Assembly (NCBI GenBank): GCA_913058255.1
Contig: CAJXQU010000012.1
Coordinates: 6,869 to 70,868 of the forward strand
Direction of reading: 5' to 3'
DNA length: 64,000 bases
From: an uncultured Pseudomonadota bacterium
GTDB taxonomy: Bacteria > Pseudomonadota > Gammaproteobacteria > CAJXQU01
The notes below the pieces were generated by a model. That model saw only the letters and a program-made list of their open reading frames with translations, was not told where the DNA came from and made no database searches. The stretch's first letter is position 1, and each line of letters begins with the position of its first letter. The position numbers were made by a program, and so were the translations under genes. This document shows positions 1-10,977 of the stretch, one piece after another.

Positions 1-459
1 TTGATTACCTTGCAAAACACTGTTGAGTAAGCTACCCAAACCTCCACCAGCAGAAGCCTGTGAAGCTCCACCGCCAAGAGAGTCCAGAATGCCACCGAGG
101 CCTCCGCCTTGTTGACCACCTGCTCCACCTAGCATTCCAGCCAAACCACCAAGACCACCGCCACTAGAATTACCGCCAGCAAGCGAGCCTAAAATGTCAC
201 CTATGCCACCACCAGACTGGTTACCACCACCTGTTAAGCCACCGAGTAGCCCACCGAGACCACCACCTGATTGACCACCACCCGTTAAGCCGCCGAGCAG
301 ACCACCGAGACCACCACCTGATTGACCGCCACCTGCTAAACCTCCAAGAAGCCCACCTAAACCACCAGCCTGCTTATTACCGCCGCCGACCATTTTACCG
401 ACACCTTTAGCAACCATCATACCTACAGCCATTTTTCCTAATGTGCTTACTAGACTCAT
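1..459 (-). CDS. Glycine-rich protein, probably DUF533 / TerB-like family (5' part; runs off the window start)
   Basis: Not in the ORF track. ATG at 459 follows a GGGGAAG RBS and the frame is open to base 1: MSLVSTLGKMAVGMMVAKGVGKMVGGGNKQAGGLGGLLGGLAGGGQSGGGLGGLLGGLTGGG... This N-terminus plus a GGLGGLLGG linker is typical of DUF533 proteins; the diagnostic C-terminal domain lies outside the window. Confidence 0.7.
   Translation of the reverse strand, partial: MSLVSTLGKMAVGMMVAKGVGKMVGGGNKQAGGLGGLLGGLAGGGQSGGGLGGLLGGLTGGGQSGGGLGGLLGGLTGGGNQSGGGIGDILGSLAGGNSSGGGLGGLAGMLGGAGGQQGGGLGGILDSLGGGASQASAGGGLGSLLNSVLQGNQ
200..370. repeat. Coding tandem repeat, 51-bp period, about 3 imperfect copies (GGLGGLLGGLTGGGQSG)
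   Basis: CCACCGAGACCACCACCTGATTGACC starts at both 251 and 302, with more degenerate copies on either side. Confidence 0.85.
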
Positions 460-622
460 ATCACTTCCCCTGCATTTAATTTTTAAAAATCCTTAACGTC
501 AGCCCTAGCATATGCTCTTGGCCCGTCCAAATGCAAGTTTCTAATATTCATCAATCATTCATATTTCATATGCTATGAGAAATGCATAAATTGTCTAATA
601 ATATCAATCACTAAATCACGTT

Positions 623-2854
623 TTAACGCGTTCTTTTCTTCGGTTTGTTCGGACTACGTTTCTTCTTAAAGCTAGGTGTTTTTGGTAGCCCTGTATGTTG
701 GGTCAATATCCTTCCACCATTAACCTTCTTTTTCGCTTTCGGGCTGATGCGTCGTCCTTCAGTTTCATCACCCGTTCCTGCTGGTTGCCAGTTAGGTATA
801 AGGTGTTTTTTACCATTACCAATTAGATCAGCTCGACCCATCCGTTTTAGTGCTTCACGTAACATCGGCCAATTATTCGCATCATGATAACGAAGAAAAG
901 CTTTGTGTAATTGCCGTTGCTTCTTACCTTTAGGAACAAAAACCGGCTCACTATTTCGTGAGATTTTTTTCAGTGGATTCTTTTCTGAATAGTACATGGC
1001 CGCAGAAGTAGACATTGGCGAGGGTAAAAATGCTTGCACCTGATCAGCCCGAAAATCATTCGATTTCAACCAGATGGCAAGATTCATCATATCTTCATCG
1101 GTTGTGCCGGGATGCGCCGCGATAAAGTACGGGATCAAATATTGTTCTTTACCCGCTTCTTTTGAGTACTTCTCGAACATTTTTTTAAAGCTATCGTAAG
1201 TCCCAATGCCTGGCTTCATCATCTTTGATAATGGCCCGCCTTCCGTATGTTCAGGGGCAATTTTCAAATAACCTCCAACATGGTGAGAGACTAATTCTTT
1301 AACATATTCAGGTGATTCAACCGCAAGGTCATAACGCAAACCCGATGCGATGAGGATCTTCTTAATTCCAGGTAGCTTTCTAGCGCGTCGATAGATCTTG
1401 ATCAGCGGATCATGATTTGTGTTCAGATTCTGACAAATTCCGGGATAAACACAGGACGGCTTACGACATGATGCTTCTATTTCAGGACTCTTGCACGACA
1501 AGCGATACATATTCGCTGTTGGGCCACCCAGATCAGAAATCACACCTGTGAATTCAGGCACGGTATCACGAATGGTTTCGATCTCATTGATAATAGAGTC
1601 TTCTGATCGGCTTTGAATGATGCGGCCTTCATGCTCCGTTATCGAACAAAAAGTACACCCCCCAAAACAACCCCGCATAATTGGGATCGAAAAACGGATC
1701 ATTTCATAGGCAGGGATTTTTGCTTTGCCATAAGACGGATGCGGCTGTCTTGTATAAGGCAAATCATAAACACTATCCATTTCCTTCATCGTCAAAGGGA
1801 TCGGTGGTGGGTTAAGCCATAAATGCTGTTGGCCATGCTGCTGGATAAGCGCCCGAGCATTGCCGGGGTTGGTTTCAAGATGCAAAATACGCGAGGTGTG
1901 GGCATACATAATGGGATCTGACTTTACTTGATCGTAAGCCGGTAACCGAATAACTGTTTTTTCACGCTCAGACTTTCTCACATTCTTAACGAATTTTATG
2001 ACGTTTTGTTTTCCACTAACGCCTTTACTCGCCTCTTCCTCAGCGGCTTGAGCTGAATCACACACTTCCTGAGTTTTTGTTGTGTCGAGATAGGGATCAA
2101 TCGGTGCTTCCAATTTCCCCGGTGTATCAAGATCGGTGGAATCTATTTCCCACCAGTCTGCTGGACGTTCATTACAAAGAAACGCTGTACCACGTACATC
2201 TCTGATCTGATTTAAGCTTTCACCCTGCGCAACACGATGAGTGATCTCGACAACCTGCCGTTCAGCATTCCCATAAACTAACAGATCAGCTTTTGCATCT
2301 AATAGTACAGAACGACGAACTTTTTCGGACCAGTAATCATAATGAGCGATACGGCGCAGGCTAGCTTCAATACCCCCGATCATCACAGGCACGCCTTTGT
2401 AAGCTTCACGACAACGTTGGGTATAAACGATGACACAACGATCAGGTCGTTGACCACCCGCACCATCTGGCGTGTAGGCATCATTTGATCGAACACGTCG
2501 CTCAGACGTGTAACGATTAACCATTGAATCCATATTGCCGCCAGTTACACCGAAATAAAGATTCGGTTTGCCGAGACGCATAAAGTCATCTTTATTTTGC
2601 CAGTCTGGCTGGGCAATAATCCCAACACGGAAACCTTGCGCTTCCAACACACGCCCCACTAAGGCCATACCAAAACTGGCCTGATCCACATAGGCATCAC
2701 CCGTCACTAAGATAACATCGCAGCTATCCCAACCCAGCTCGTCCATTTCTTCTCTGGACATCGGTAAAACGGGAGCAGAACCAAAACGTTTGGCCCAATA
2801 TTTTTTATAGGAAAAGAGGTCTGGAGCAGCTTGCATAATGGTGTGTGTAGTCAA
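623..2854 (-). CDS. ygiQ: YgiQ family radical SAM protein (UPF0313)
   Basis: [29 protein letters not shown]-terminus, CFGGCTFC radical SAM CxxxCxxC motif, [10 protein letters not shown] and PYFIAAHPG motifs; TTG start. Confidence 0.95.
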   Translation of the reverse strand: MTTHTIMQAAPDLFSYKKYWAKRFGSAPVLPMSREEMDELGWDSCDVILVTGDAYVDQASFGMALVGRVLEAQGFRVGIIAQPDWQNKDDFMRLGKPNLYFGVTGGNMDSMVNRYTSERRVRSNDAYTPDGAGGQRPDRCVIVYTQRCREAYKGVPVMIGGIEASLRRIAHYDYWSEKVRRSVLLDAKADLLVYGNAERQVVEITHRVAQGESLNQIRDVRGTAFLCNERPADWWEIDSTDLDTPGKLEAPIDPYLDTTKTQEVCDSAQAAEEEASKGVSGKQNVIKFVKNVRKSEREKTVIRLPAYDQVKSDPIMYAHTSRILHLETNPGNARALIQQHGQQHLWLNPPPIPLTMKEMDSVYDLPYTRQPHPSYGKAKIPAYEMIRFSIPIMRGCFGGCTFCSITEHEGRIIQSRSEDSIINEIETIRDTVPEFTGVISDLGGPTANMYRLSCKSPEIEASCRKPSCVYPGICQNLNTNHDPLIKIYRRARKLPGIKKILIASGLRYDLAVESPEYVKELVSHHVGGYLKIAPEHTEGGPLSKMMKPGIGTYDSFKKMFEKYSKEAGKEQYLIPYFIAAHPGTTDEDMMNLAIWLKSNDFRADQVQAFLPSPMSTSAAMYYSEKNPLKKISRNSEPVFVPKGKKQRQLHKAFLRYHDANNWPMLREALKRMGRADLIGNGKKHLIPNWQPAGTGDETEGRRISPKAKKKVNGGRILTQHTGLPKTPSFKKKRSPNKPKKRTR

Positions 2855-2872
2855 AAAAAGAAGCGTACCATG

Positions 2873-2899
2873 AATACCTGACTACTGGCATCAGGTATT
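2873..2899. promoter_or_regulatory. Perfect 9-bp inverted repeat in the divergent ygiQ/purL intergenic region
   Basis: AATACCTGA-N9-TCAGGTATT; function unknown (operator or UTR hairpin). Confidence 0.4.
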
Positions 2900-3017
2900 T
2901 AACTTTAAAGTGGAGAAAAAGTCATGATTTTGACAACGCAGCAAGCCACTTTCTGCTCAGGATCAGGTATCATTCCTGTTTTTTATAACCTCTAATAAAA
3001 TCACACCAAAGAATCCT

Positions 3018-6000
3018 ATGTTAACGTTTGCTGGAAGTGCCGCTTTTTCTACCTTTCGACTGGACAAATTTCTACAAGAAATTCAAACAGTCGTACCTCA
3101 AGTTACTGCTATTTCGACGCATTTTATACACTTTTCAAAATGTAGTTCAGATCTGAATGATCAAGAAAAACAACAACTAGGCGAACTTTTATCCTATGGA
3201 ACCTCTCCAAAAGCTACCTTGGAGAAGACCCATTTATTAGTTATCCCACGCAGCGGAACCATCTCTCCTTGGTCGAGCAAAGCTACCGACATCGCAAGAA
3301 ATGCCGGCTTAACAAAAGTTGAGCGATTGGAGCGTGGTATTGAATGGGCTTTCCAAACCAACGATGGCTCAAGTCTCAACGAAGATGATTTGTTGAAGAT
3401 TACACCTTTGGTTCATGATCGAATGACGGAAACGGTGCTGACTAAAGCAGCACAAGCAGAATCTTTATTTGATCAAGCCGAAGCGGGGATCATCAAACAT
3501 ATCGATATGCTCACGGATGGTATTAGTGCCCTGCAAACGGCTAATAGCGAGCTTGGATTAGCTTTGTCAGAAGACGAAATCGAATACTTGTTTGAGAATT
3601 TTACCAAACTCAACAGAAATCCTTCTGATGTTGAGTTGATGATGTTCGCCCAAGCGAACTCCGAACACTGCCGCCATAAAATATTCAATGCTGACTGGAA
3701 AGTTGATGGAAAAGAACAAGATCGTTCTTTATTCGCCATGATCAGGAATACACACCAAACCAACCCCGGCGGCGTGTTGTCAGCTTATTCTGACAACTCC
3801 TCAGTCACGACGGGATATTCAGGCGAACGTTTCTTTCCGAACCCAACAACGGGGCAATATGAATATGTAGATGAAGCTATTCATATATTGACCAAGGTTG
3901 AAACGCATAATCACCCAACGGCTATTTCACCTTACCCTGGCGCGGCAACAGGTTCTGGTGGCGAAATCCGTGATGAAGGTGCGACTGGCCGAGGCTCAAA
4001 ACCGAAAGCAGGTCTGACTGGTTTTTCTGTCTCTAACTTGAAAATCCCTGCGCTCACTCAACCATGGGAAGTCGATTACGGCAAACCAGAGCGCATCGCT
4101 TCGGCCCTCGAGATTATGCTTGAGGGCCCCATCGGTGGAGCGGCATTTAATAATGAATTCGGCCGCCCTGCCCTTTGTGGTTATTTCCGTACTTATGAGC
4201 AAATAATAAACGGTGAAGTTCGTGGCTATCACAAACCCATTATGATCGCCGGTGGCTTGGGTAATATTCGTCCGCAACACACTCATAAAGATCAAATTCC
4301 GGCTGGATCAAAAATTATCGTACTCGGCGGCCCAGCCATGTTGATCGGTTTGGGCGGCAGTGCTGCTTCCTCAGTCACATCAGGTCAAAGCCATGCTGAC
4401 TTGGACTTTGCCTCAGTTCAACGTGAAAACCCAGAAATGGAACGCCGCTGTCAGGAAGTCATCGATAGCTGTTGGAGTTTAGGGGATGATAACCCGATCG
4501 TTTCTATTCATGATGTTGGTGCCGGTGGTATTTCAAATGCCCTGCCCGAGCTGGTAAATGACGCTGAGCGTGGTGCGATTTTTGAGCTTCGCGAAGTACC
4601 TAGTTCGGATCCAAGCATGTCTCCCGTTGAGATCTGGTGTAATGAATCACAAGAACGTTATGTATTAGCCATCGCGCCTGAAGCCGAAACATTCTTTGAG
4701 AAGATTTGTGCTCGCGAGCGTTGTCCCTTTGCCGTGTTGGGCGATGCAACTGGTGAACGTCATTTGATTTTGAATGATCGTCTGTTCGGTGATCAACCCA
4801 TTGATCTACCGATGCAAGTCTTGCTTGGCAAACCGCCGAAGATGAGTCGTGAAACACAACGTATCACACCTGTTCACACAGCATTTGATGATCAAGGTAT
4901 CGATATCAAAACAGCCGCTGAGCGCGTTTTACAACTTCCTGCCGTTGCTGATAAACGCTTCCTGATCACGATTGGTGATCGCAGTGTTACAGGCCTCGTT
5001 GCACGTGATCAAATGGTTGGCCCGTGGCAGGTTCCTGTGGCTGATTGTGCTGTCACTTCCAACTCATTTTTAGGCTGTGCTGGTGAAGCAATGGCGATGG
5101 GCGAACGAACGCCACTGGCGATGATCGATGCCGCTGCTTCTGGTCGAATGGCAATAGGCGAAGCGATCATGAATATCGCTGCCGCTCGTATTATGAAAAT
5201 GTCGGACATTATATTCTCAGCAAACTGGATGGCTGCTTGCGGGCACTCAGATGAAGATGCACGACTGTTTGATACCGTAAAAGCTGTTGGTATGGAACTC
5301 TGCCCAGCACTGGGTATTTGTATTCCCGTGGGTAAAGATTCCTTATCGATGAAAACCATCTGGCAAGATCGTGATGAGCAACGCTCAGTTGTCTCGCCAC
5401 TGTCATTAATCATTACAGCCTTTGCACCCGTGGTCGATGTTCGCATGAGCTTAACGCCACAGTTACGTATCTTGGATGAGCCAACAGAGCTTATTTATAT
5501 CGATCTGGGCGCAGGTAAGAATCGTCTTGGTGGTTCTGCCCTTGCTCAAGTATTCAATCAACTGGGTGATGAATCACCTGATCTGGATGATGCGAAGTTA
5601 TTAAAAACATTCTTCCGTAGCATTCAATTATTAATAGAAGCAGATATGTTGCTTTCCTATCATGATCGATCTGATGGTGGGCTGTTCACAACACTCGTTG
5701 AGATGGCATTGGCTGGCAGAACAGGTATCGACATTAACTTAGCGGAAGCATCGCTCGCGAGCTTGTTCAGTGAAGAACTAGGAGCCGTCATTCAGATCCG
5801 AACGGAAGATCGAGAACAGGTCATCAAATGTCTGACTTCAGATGGTCTGCTAGCCGATCACGTCCATGCGATTGGTGGCTTGAACAATGACATGAAGGTA
5901 AAAATATCGCAGCAAGATCAAACCATTTATGCTGACGATCTTATGGCGATCCAACGTCTCTGGTCATCAACATCTTTCCACATACAATCACTGCGTGATA

Positions 6001-6887
6001 ATCCAGAATGTGCACAGCAAGAATATGCTGCCTTACAAGATGAGCACGATCCGGGCATGTTTGTGTCACTCACTTATGAAGTCGATGAAACGCCTGTGAC
6101 CGATTCAGCCAATAAACCCAGCGTGGCGATCCTTCGTGAGCAAGGTGTTAATGGCCACTTGGAAATGGCAGCCGCTTTCGATAGAGCTGGCTTTACAACG
6201 ATTGATGTTCATATGAGCGATCTGATCGAAGGTCGCGTAGAACTCAATAAATTCTCAGGATTGATCGCTTGCGGCGGTTTCTCATATGGCGATGTGCTCG
6301 GTGCTGGTGGCGGTTGGGCAAAAACAATCTTATTCAATTCGGATCTAAAAGCTCAGTTCAGTGAATTCTTCAGTCGTGAAGACACCTTTACTCTAGGAGT
6401 ATGTAACGGTTGCCAGATGCTTGCTCAACTGAAATCGATCATTCCCGGTGCTGATCACTGGCCTGTCTTTTTACGCAATAATTCAGAACAATTTGAAGCT
6501 CGTCTATCGATGGTCGAAGTACAGGAATCACCTTCTATTTTCTTAAAAGGCATGGCTGGCTCGCGGATGCCAATCGTTGTATCGCACGGTGAAGGTCGCA
6601 CCAGCTATACTCAAGAGCAATCACAAAAAGTTATCGATCAAGGCTTAGTCAGCCTCAATTACATTACTAATCATGGTGAGACTGCTGATCAATATCCAGC
6701 TAATCCAAATGGTTCTGAACTGGGCTTAACTGGTCTAACAACGATCGACGGACGTGTGACAATCATGATGCCGCACCCCGAGCGTGTGTTCTTGAAGAAA
6801 CAGTTCTCATGGTTGCCAGATGACTGGCAGCAAGAGGCCAGTCCTTGGATGCAAATGTTCCGCAACGCGCGCGAGTGGATCGGTTAA
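3018..6887 (+). CDS. purL: Phosphoribosylformylglycinamidine synthase (large, single-chain PurL)
   Basis: 1289 aa; [28 protein letters not shown], glutaminase LGVCNGCQ and MMPHPER motifs. Confidence 0.99.
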   Translation: MLTFAGSAAFSTFRLDKFLQEIQTVVPQVTAISTHFIHFSKCSSDLNDQEKQQLGELLSYGTSPKATLEKTHLLVIPRSGTISPWSSKATDIARNAGLTKVERLERGIEWAFQTNDGSSLNEDDLLKITPLVHDRMTETVLTKAAQAESLFDQAEAGIIKHIDMLTDGISALQTANSELGLALSEDEIEYLFENFTKLNRNPSDVELMMFAQANSEHCRHKIFNADWKVDGKEQDRSLFAMIRNTHQTNPGGVLSAYSDNSSVTTGYSGERFFPNPTTGQYEYVDEAIHILTKVETHNHPTAISPYPGAATGSGGEIRDEGATGRGSKPKAGLTGFSVSNLKIPALTQPWEVDYGKPERIASALEIMLEGPIGGAAFNNEFGRPALCGYFRTYEQIINGEVRGYHKPIMIAGGLGNIRPQHTHKDQIPAGSKIIVLGGPAMLIGLGGSAASSVTSGQSHADLDFASVQRENPEMERRCQEVIDSCWSLGDDNPIVSIHDVGAGGISNALPELVNDAERGAIFELREVPSSDPSMSPVEIWCNESQERYVLAIAPEAETFFEKICARERCPFAVLGDATGERHLILNDRLFGDQPIDLPMQVLLGKPPKMSRETQRITPVHTAFDDQGIDIKTAAERVLQLPAVADKRFLITIGDRSVTGLVARDQMVGPWQVPVADCAVTSNSFLGCAGEAMAMGERTPLAMIDAAASGRMAIGEAIMNIAAARIMKMSDIIFSANWMAACGHSDEDARLFDTVKAVGMELCPALGICIPVGKDSLSMKTIWQDRDEQRSVVSPLSLIITAFAPVVDVRMSLTPQLRILDEPTELIYIDLGAGKNRLGGSALAQVFNQLGDESPDLDDAKLLKTFFRSIQLLIEADMLLSYHDRSDGGLFTTLVEMALAGRTGIDINLAEASLASLFSEELGAVIQIRTEDREQVIKCLTSDGLLADHVHAIGGLNNDMKVKISQQDQTIYADDLMAIQRLWSSTSFHIQSLRDNPECAQQEYAALQDEHDPGMFVSLTYEVDETPVTDSANKPSVAILREQGVNGHLEMAAAFDRAGFTTIDVHMSDLIEGRVELNKFSGLIACGGFSYGDVLGAGGGWAKTILFNSDLKAQFSEFFSREDTFTLGVCNGCQMLAQLKSIIPGADHWPVFLRNNSEQFEARLSMVEVQESPSIFLKGMAGSRMPIVVSHGEGRTSYTQEQSQKVIDQGLVSLNYITNHGETADQYPANPNGSELGLTGLTTIDGRVTIMMPHPERVFLKKQFSWLPDDWQQEASPWMQMFRNAREWIG

Positions 6888-6913
6888 ACAACAACCGCCC
6901 CTATAACAAGCAA

Positions 6914-7513
6914 ATGAATTTTCTCGCTCACCTCTACTTCGCAGAAAATTCTCAACATTCTCTTTATGGGAACCTACTCGGTGATTTTGTTAAGGGATCA
7001 CCGGATCAATTTATTGATCCGGTGATCCTTAACGGCATAGCCCAACACCGCGCAATTGATAAATATACCGATGCTCACCCAGTAGTTAAGCGCAGTAAGT
7101 CACGGATCTCCGCAGAAAGAAGACGCTTTTCTGGAATTATGATCGATGTTTTTTATGACCATTATTTAGCCATTAATTGGGAACAGTATTCACCGGAAAA
7201 CTTTTCAATTCAAACAAGTGATTGGTATAACAAACTCAAAAAAGAAACCTATCTCGTGCTTCCAGCAAGGTTTAGTCGTACCATAGAAATGATGACAAAA
7301 AACGATTGGTTTTCCATGTATAAAGAACCTGCCGGAATCAACAAAGCGATCGATGGCATTTCAAAAAGGATTCGTTTTGAAAACAACATGCATGGCGGAG
7401 GCGTTGAGTTGACAAACAACTACGATGCCTTGGAAGATGATTTCCATGCATTTTTTCCTGATCTGGTCACATTTGTCAGGAGTTATCAAAAAAAACTTGA
7501 TTCAGTATGCTGA
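6914..7513 (+). CDS. acpH: Acyl carrier protein phosphodiesterase (AcpH/YajB, DUF479)
   Basis: Start revised to the ATG at 6914, giving the family N-terminus MNFLAHL; GNLLGDFVKG, HRAIDKYTDAH and DVFYDHYLA motifs. Confidence 0.9.
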   Translation: MNFLAHLYFAENSQHSLYGNLLGDFVKGSPDQFIDPVILNGIAQHRAIDKYTDAHPVVKRSKSRISAERRRFSGIMIDVFYDHYLAINWEQYSPENFSIQTSDWYNKLKKETYLVLPARFSRTIEMMTKNDWFSMYKEPAGINKAIDGISKRIRFENNMHGGGVELTNNYDALEDDFHAFFPDLVTFVRSYQKKLDSVC

Positions 7514-7616
7514 GTAAGGAACTTTTCCATTAATATATTGCCTCAAGTGCACGTTAAAAAAGCCATGCTGGTATATCTAGTGAGCTTAATAAAATTAGAC
7601 ATAAGGGATAGCAAAG

Positions 7617-9722
7617 ATGAGACAAGCCTATAAAACGCCAGTCATTAATCAAGGCGATGCTGAACTGAAGCGACAAGAAATTCGTGATTACTTTCATGCA
7701 ACCTTCGATCAGTATGAATCTCTCTTTTCTGTTCTCAAAGACGATAGCGTTTTTTATGAACGTCCCGAATCATTACGTCACCCGCTGATCTTTTACTTTG
7801 GTCATACCGCAACTTTTTTCACAAATAAACTGATGGTATCGAAGATCATTAATCAGCGTATTGATCCTGATATGGAATCGATGATGGCGATCGGTGTCGA
7901 TGAAATGTCTTGGGATGATTTGGATGAAAAAAATTACGACTGGCCAACCGTTGATGCTGTTCGTCAATATCGTCAGCACGTTCGCAAAACGGTTGATCAA
8001 CTGATCGATACCCTCCCCTTAAATTTTCCTGTGCAATGGAGTGATCCGTTCTGGATTATTTTGATGGGAATTGAGCATGAAAAAATTCATTTAGAAACAT
8101 CATCTGTCTTAATCAGACAGTTACCCATCGAACACGTGAGAACTAGTCACGATTGGCCGATCTGTAATGAAATCGGCCATGCGCCATCAAACAAGCTTGT
8201 GGAAGTTCCGGGTGGTGAAGTGCAGCAAGGTCGCAACCTGCCATCAACCACCTACGGTTGGGACAATGAGTACGGCTCCCAAACCACTCAGCTTGAAAGT
8301 TTTAAAGCGAGTAGTTTTCTAGTTTCTAATCAAGAGTTTTTAGCCTTTGTATCTGATCAAGGTTATGCGACAGAAAGTTATTGGTCCGAAGAAGGCTGGC
8401 AGTGGAAAAACTTTAGACAAGTTAACCAGCCTATTTTTTGGATCAAGGAAAATAATAACTATCGTTACCGTACGATGTTGGAAGAAATAGACATGCCTTG
8501 GAGCTGGCCTGTTGACGTGAACTTTCACGAGGCCAAAGCATTCTGCAACTGGTTAACTGAAAAAACAGGGAAACAGATCAGACTGCCTAGCGAACCTGAA
8601 TGGTATCGTTTATATGAGCTCAACGTCGAAGAAGATCATACCAATTGGATCAAAGCTCCTGGTAATATCAATCTCGAATATTGGGCTTCATCATCGCCAG
8701 TGAATAAGTTTATGCACGGCGACTTCGGGGACGTGATAGGGAATGTCTGGCAATGGACAGAGTCAGCGATTGATGGTTTTGAAGGGTTTAGTGTCCACCC
8801 TGCTTACGATGATTTTTCAATTCCAACATTCGATGGCCGACATAACTTGATCAAGGGAGGCAGTTGGATCTCTACGGGTAACGAGGCACATCGAGATAGT
8901 CGATATGCCTTCCGTCGACACTTTTATCAACATGCAGGATTTCGTTATGTAGAGTCGCATGAAGAAATTGATCAAAGCTTTAACAGTTACGAAACAGATG
9001 AATTTATTTCTCAATATTTAGAGTTTCATTACGGCGATGAATATTTTGATGTTCCTAATTTTCCAAAAGCCTGTGCCGAAAAGATTTTTGAAATCACAGC
9101 CGAGCAAAAATTTGAGCGTGCATTAGATATTGGTTGCGCGGTCGGTCGAAGTAGTTTTGAGCTAGCTAAACAGATTCCTCATGTCGATGCATTAGACTTC
9201 TCAGCACGTTTTATTCGTAATGCGCTAAGCCTACGCGAGCATGGCCAACTTCGATATATGATTACCGATGAAGGCGAACTTTCCACCTTAAAACAAGTGA
9301 GTTTGAGTGATTTAAAACTAGCTGAAACAGCTGATCGCGTCAATTTCAGCCAAGGTGATGCCTGCAATTTAAAGCCACATTATCAAGACTATGATCTAAT
9401 CTTTGCTGGTAACTTGATCGATCGATTATATGAGCCTGCGAAATTTTTAAAATCAATTCACCAACGTATGCGTAAAGGTGGGATCTTAGTATTAACCTCT
9501 CCTTATACTTGGCTTGAAGAATATACCGAAAAACAACAGTGGATCGGTGGATATAAAATCAATGGTGAGAATATGACAACTCTTGATGGCTTACATCATT
9601 ATTTGAGTGAACATTTTGAGCCATTAGAAGCTCCAGTTGACGTCCCTTTTGTCATACGTGAAACAGCAAGAAAGCACCAACATACCATTGCGCAAATGAC
9701 CTTGTGGAAAAAGAAAACTTAA
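7617..9722 (+). CDS. ovoA: 5-histidylcysteine sulfoxide synthase / SAM methyltransferase (ovothiol biosynthesis OvoA)
   Basis: DinB-like N-domain with LRHPLIFYFGH (H63) and GIEHEKIHLETS (H154, H158 iron ligands); GVDEMSWDD; FGE-sulfatase domain (GNVWQW, KGGSW, YAFRRHFYQHAGFR); C-terminal methyltransferase (LDIGCAVGRSSFEL, SPYTWLEEYT, RETARKHQH). Confidence 0.95.
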   Translation: MRQAYKTPVINQGDAELKRQEIRDYFHATFDQYESLFSVLKDDSVFYERPESLRHPLIFYFGHTATFFTNKLMVSKIINQRIDPDMESMMAIGVDEMSWDDLDEKNYDWPTVDAVRQYRQHVRKTVDQLIDTLPLNFPVQWSDPFWIILMGIEHEKIHLETSSVLIRQLPIEHVRTSHDWPICNEIGHAPSNKLVEVPGGEVQQGRNLPSTTYGWDNEYGSQTTQLESFKASSFLVSNQEFLAFVSDQGYATESYWSEEGWQWKNFRQVNQPIFWIKENNNYRYRTMLEEIDMPWSWPVDVNFHEAKAFCNWLTEKTGKQIRLPSEPEWYRLYELNVEEDHTNWIKAPGNINLEYWASSSPVNKFMHGDFGDVIGNVWQWTESAIDGFEGFSVHPAYDDFSIPTFDGRHNLIKGGSWISTGNEAHRDSRYAFRRHFYQHAGFRYVESHEEIDQSFNSYETDEFISQYLEFHYGDEYFDVPNFPKACAEKIFEITAEQKFERALDIGCAVGRSSFELAKQIPHVDALDFSARFIRNALSLREHGQLRYMITDEGELSTLKQVSLSDLKLAETADRVNFSQGDACNLKPHYQDYDLIFAGNLIDRLYEPAKFLKSIHQRMRKGGILVLTSPYTWLEEYTEKQQWIGGYKINGENMTTLDGLHHYLSEHFEPLEAPVDVPFVIRETARKHQHTIAQMTLWKKKT

Positions 9723-9740
9723 ATGTTTTTTTATTCATAA

Positions 9741-10847
9741 ATGCTGTTTAAACCAACATCGCTCTATCAGTTTTATAAGCGCTATGAAACGTTAGACTTG
9801 ACACCGATACATCAATCCAACCCTCAACCGTTTACAATGATTGAGCTTGAAGCCATTATTGGAAAAAAAACGTCATTTTTAGATGATCAACTCGAACTTG
9901 GTTATGCAAGCCTGCAAGGTGACTTGAGATTACGTGAAGCTATCACCACTCTCTATGAACACGAGAATCCTGATGAGATAGCGACCTTTGTAGGTGCGCA
10001 AGAAGCTATATTTTGCGCTATGTATAGCTTGTTAAAAGCAAAAGATAAGGTTGTAGCGATAAGTCCTATTTTTGCTCCCCTAATCGCTACAGCTGAGGAA
10101 ATCGGTTGTGAAATTGATCTTGTCTCATTAACACCTACAAAAGATAAATGGGTGCTCGACCTTGCTCAATTAGAAGCGTCCATTAAAGCGGACTGCAAGC
10201 TACTGATCATAAACTTTCCGCATAATCCAACAGGCGCCATGCTCACAGAAGATGAGCTACTAAAAATTATCGATATATGTGATCAAAATAACTGTTGGAT
10301 TTTATCCGATGAAGTGTTTCGTGGACTTGAGTTTAAGCCTGAGCAGCGTTTACCAGCGGTTGCCGATCTTTACCCGCAAGCAATAAGCATTGGTGTTCTT
10401 TCAAAATCCTTCGCGACACCGGCCATTCGTATTGGTTGGATTAGTTGTCAAGATAAAATGATCATAGAAAGAATGATCGAAATAAAATCATCCTTTTCAA
10501 TTTGTACTAGTCATATAGATGAACAGTTCGCGATACACATTATTCTTCAACATGAAAAGGTTTGGGAGCGAAGCCGCAATAAAGTACTTAATAATTTTTC
10601 TAATTTTGACCGTAATGTTACTAAGTCCCATTTATTGAGTCGTTTTATAAAACCACAAGCAGGATGTGTCTGCTTTCCTCTTCTCAATGATGCGATCTTA
10701 GCCAGTGACTTTAGCGAGGAGCTGATTCAAAATAAAAACTTAATGACACTACCTGCGGATCTATTCATATCATCACATAACGGCATTCGCTTAGGTTTTG
10801 GTTACGATAACAATAGTCACTTGATAAGTTCTATCTTTTCAACTTAA
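9741..10847 (+). CDS. PLP-dependent class I/II aminotransferase-fold enzyme; candidate OvoB-type C-S lyase
   Basis: INFPHNPTG, SDEVFRGL and PLP-lysine motif LSKSFATPAIRIGW; starts 18 bp after the ovoA stop. The fold is secure; the specific function is inferred. Confidence 0.85.
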   Translation: MLFKPTSLYQFYKRYETLDLTPIHQSNPQPFTMIELEAIIGKKTSFLDDQLELGYASLQGDLRLREAITTLYEHENPDEIATFVGAQEAIFCAMYSLLKAKDKVVAISPIFAPLIATAEEIGCEIDLVSLTPTKDKWVLDLAQLEASIKADCKLLIINFPHNPTGAMLTEDELLKIIDICDQNNCWILSDEVFRGLEFKPEQRLPAVADLYPQAISIGVLSKSFATPAIRIGWISCQDKMIIERMIEIKSSFSICTSHIDEQFAIHIILQHEKVWERSRNKVLNNFSNFDRNVTKSHLLSRFIKPQAGCVCFPLLNDAILASDFSEELIQNKNLMTLPADLFISSHNGIRLGFGYDNNSHLISSIFST

Positions 10848-10977
10848 CCCATTTCAATCTAATGAAAAATATTTTGGGGACGACATCCAACCTCTTAATA
10901 CAACATCCGTTGAAATAACTGCACCTTAGACTACTAGACGCGTTATAATTGACCGTTTAATTCATCTGTTTCCCCCT

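Noticed and set aside
200..370. Regularly spaced repeats as a possible CRISPR array
   Set aside because: The repeats are contiguous, in frame and coding, with no unique spacers and no cas genes.
7617..9722. Possibility that this is the selenium variant (ovoselenol OvsA) or ergothioneine EgtB
   Set aside because: No selenophosphate synthetase, selenosugar synthase or egtD nearby; the OvoA-type C-terminal methyltransferase and the Tyr in HPAYDDF are present.
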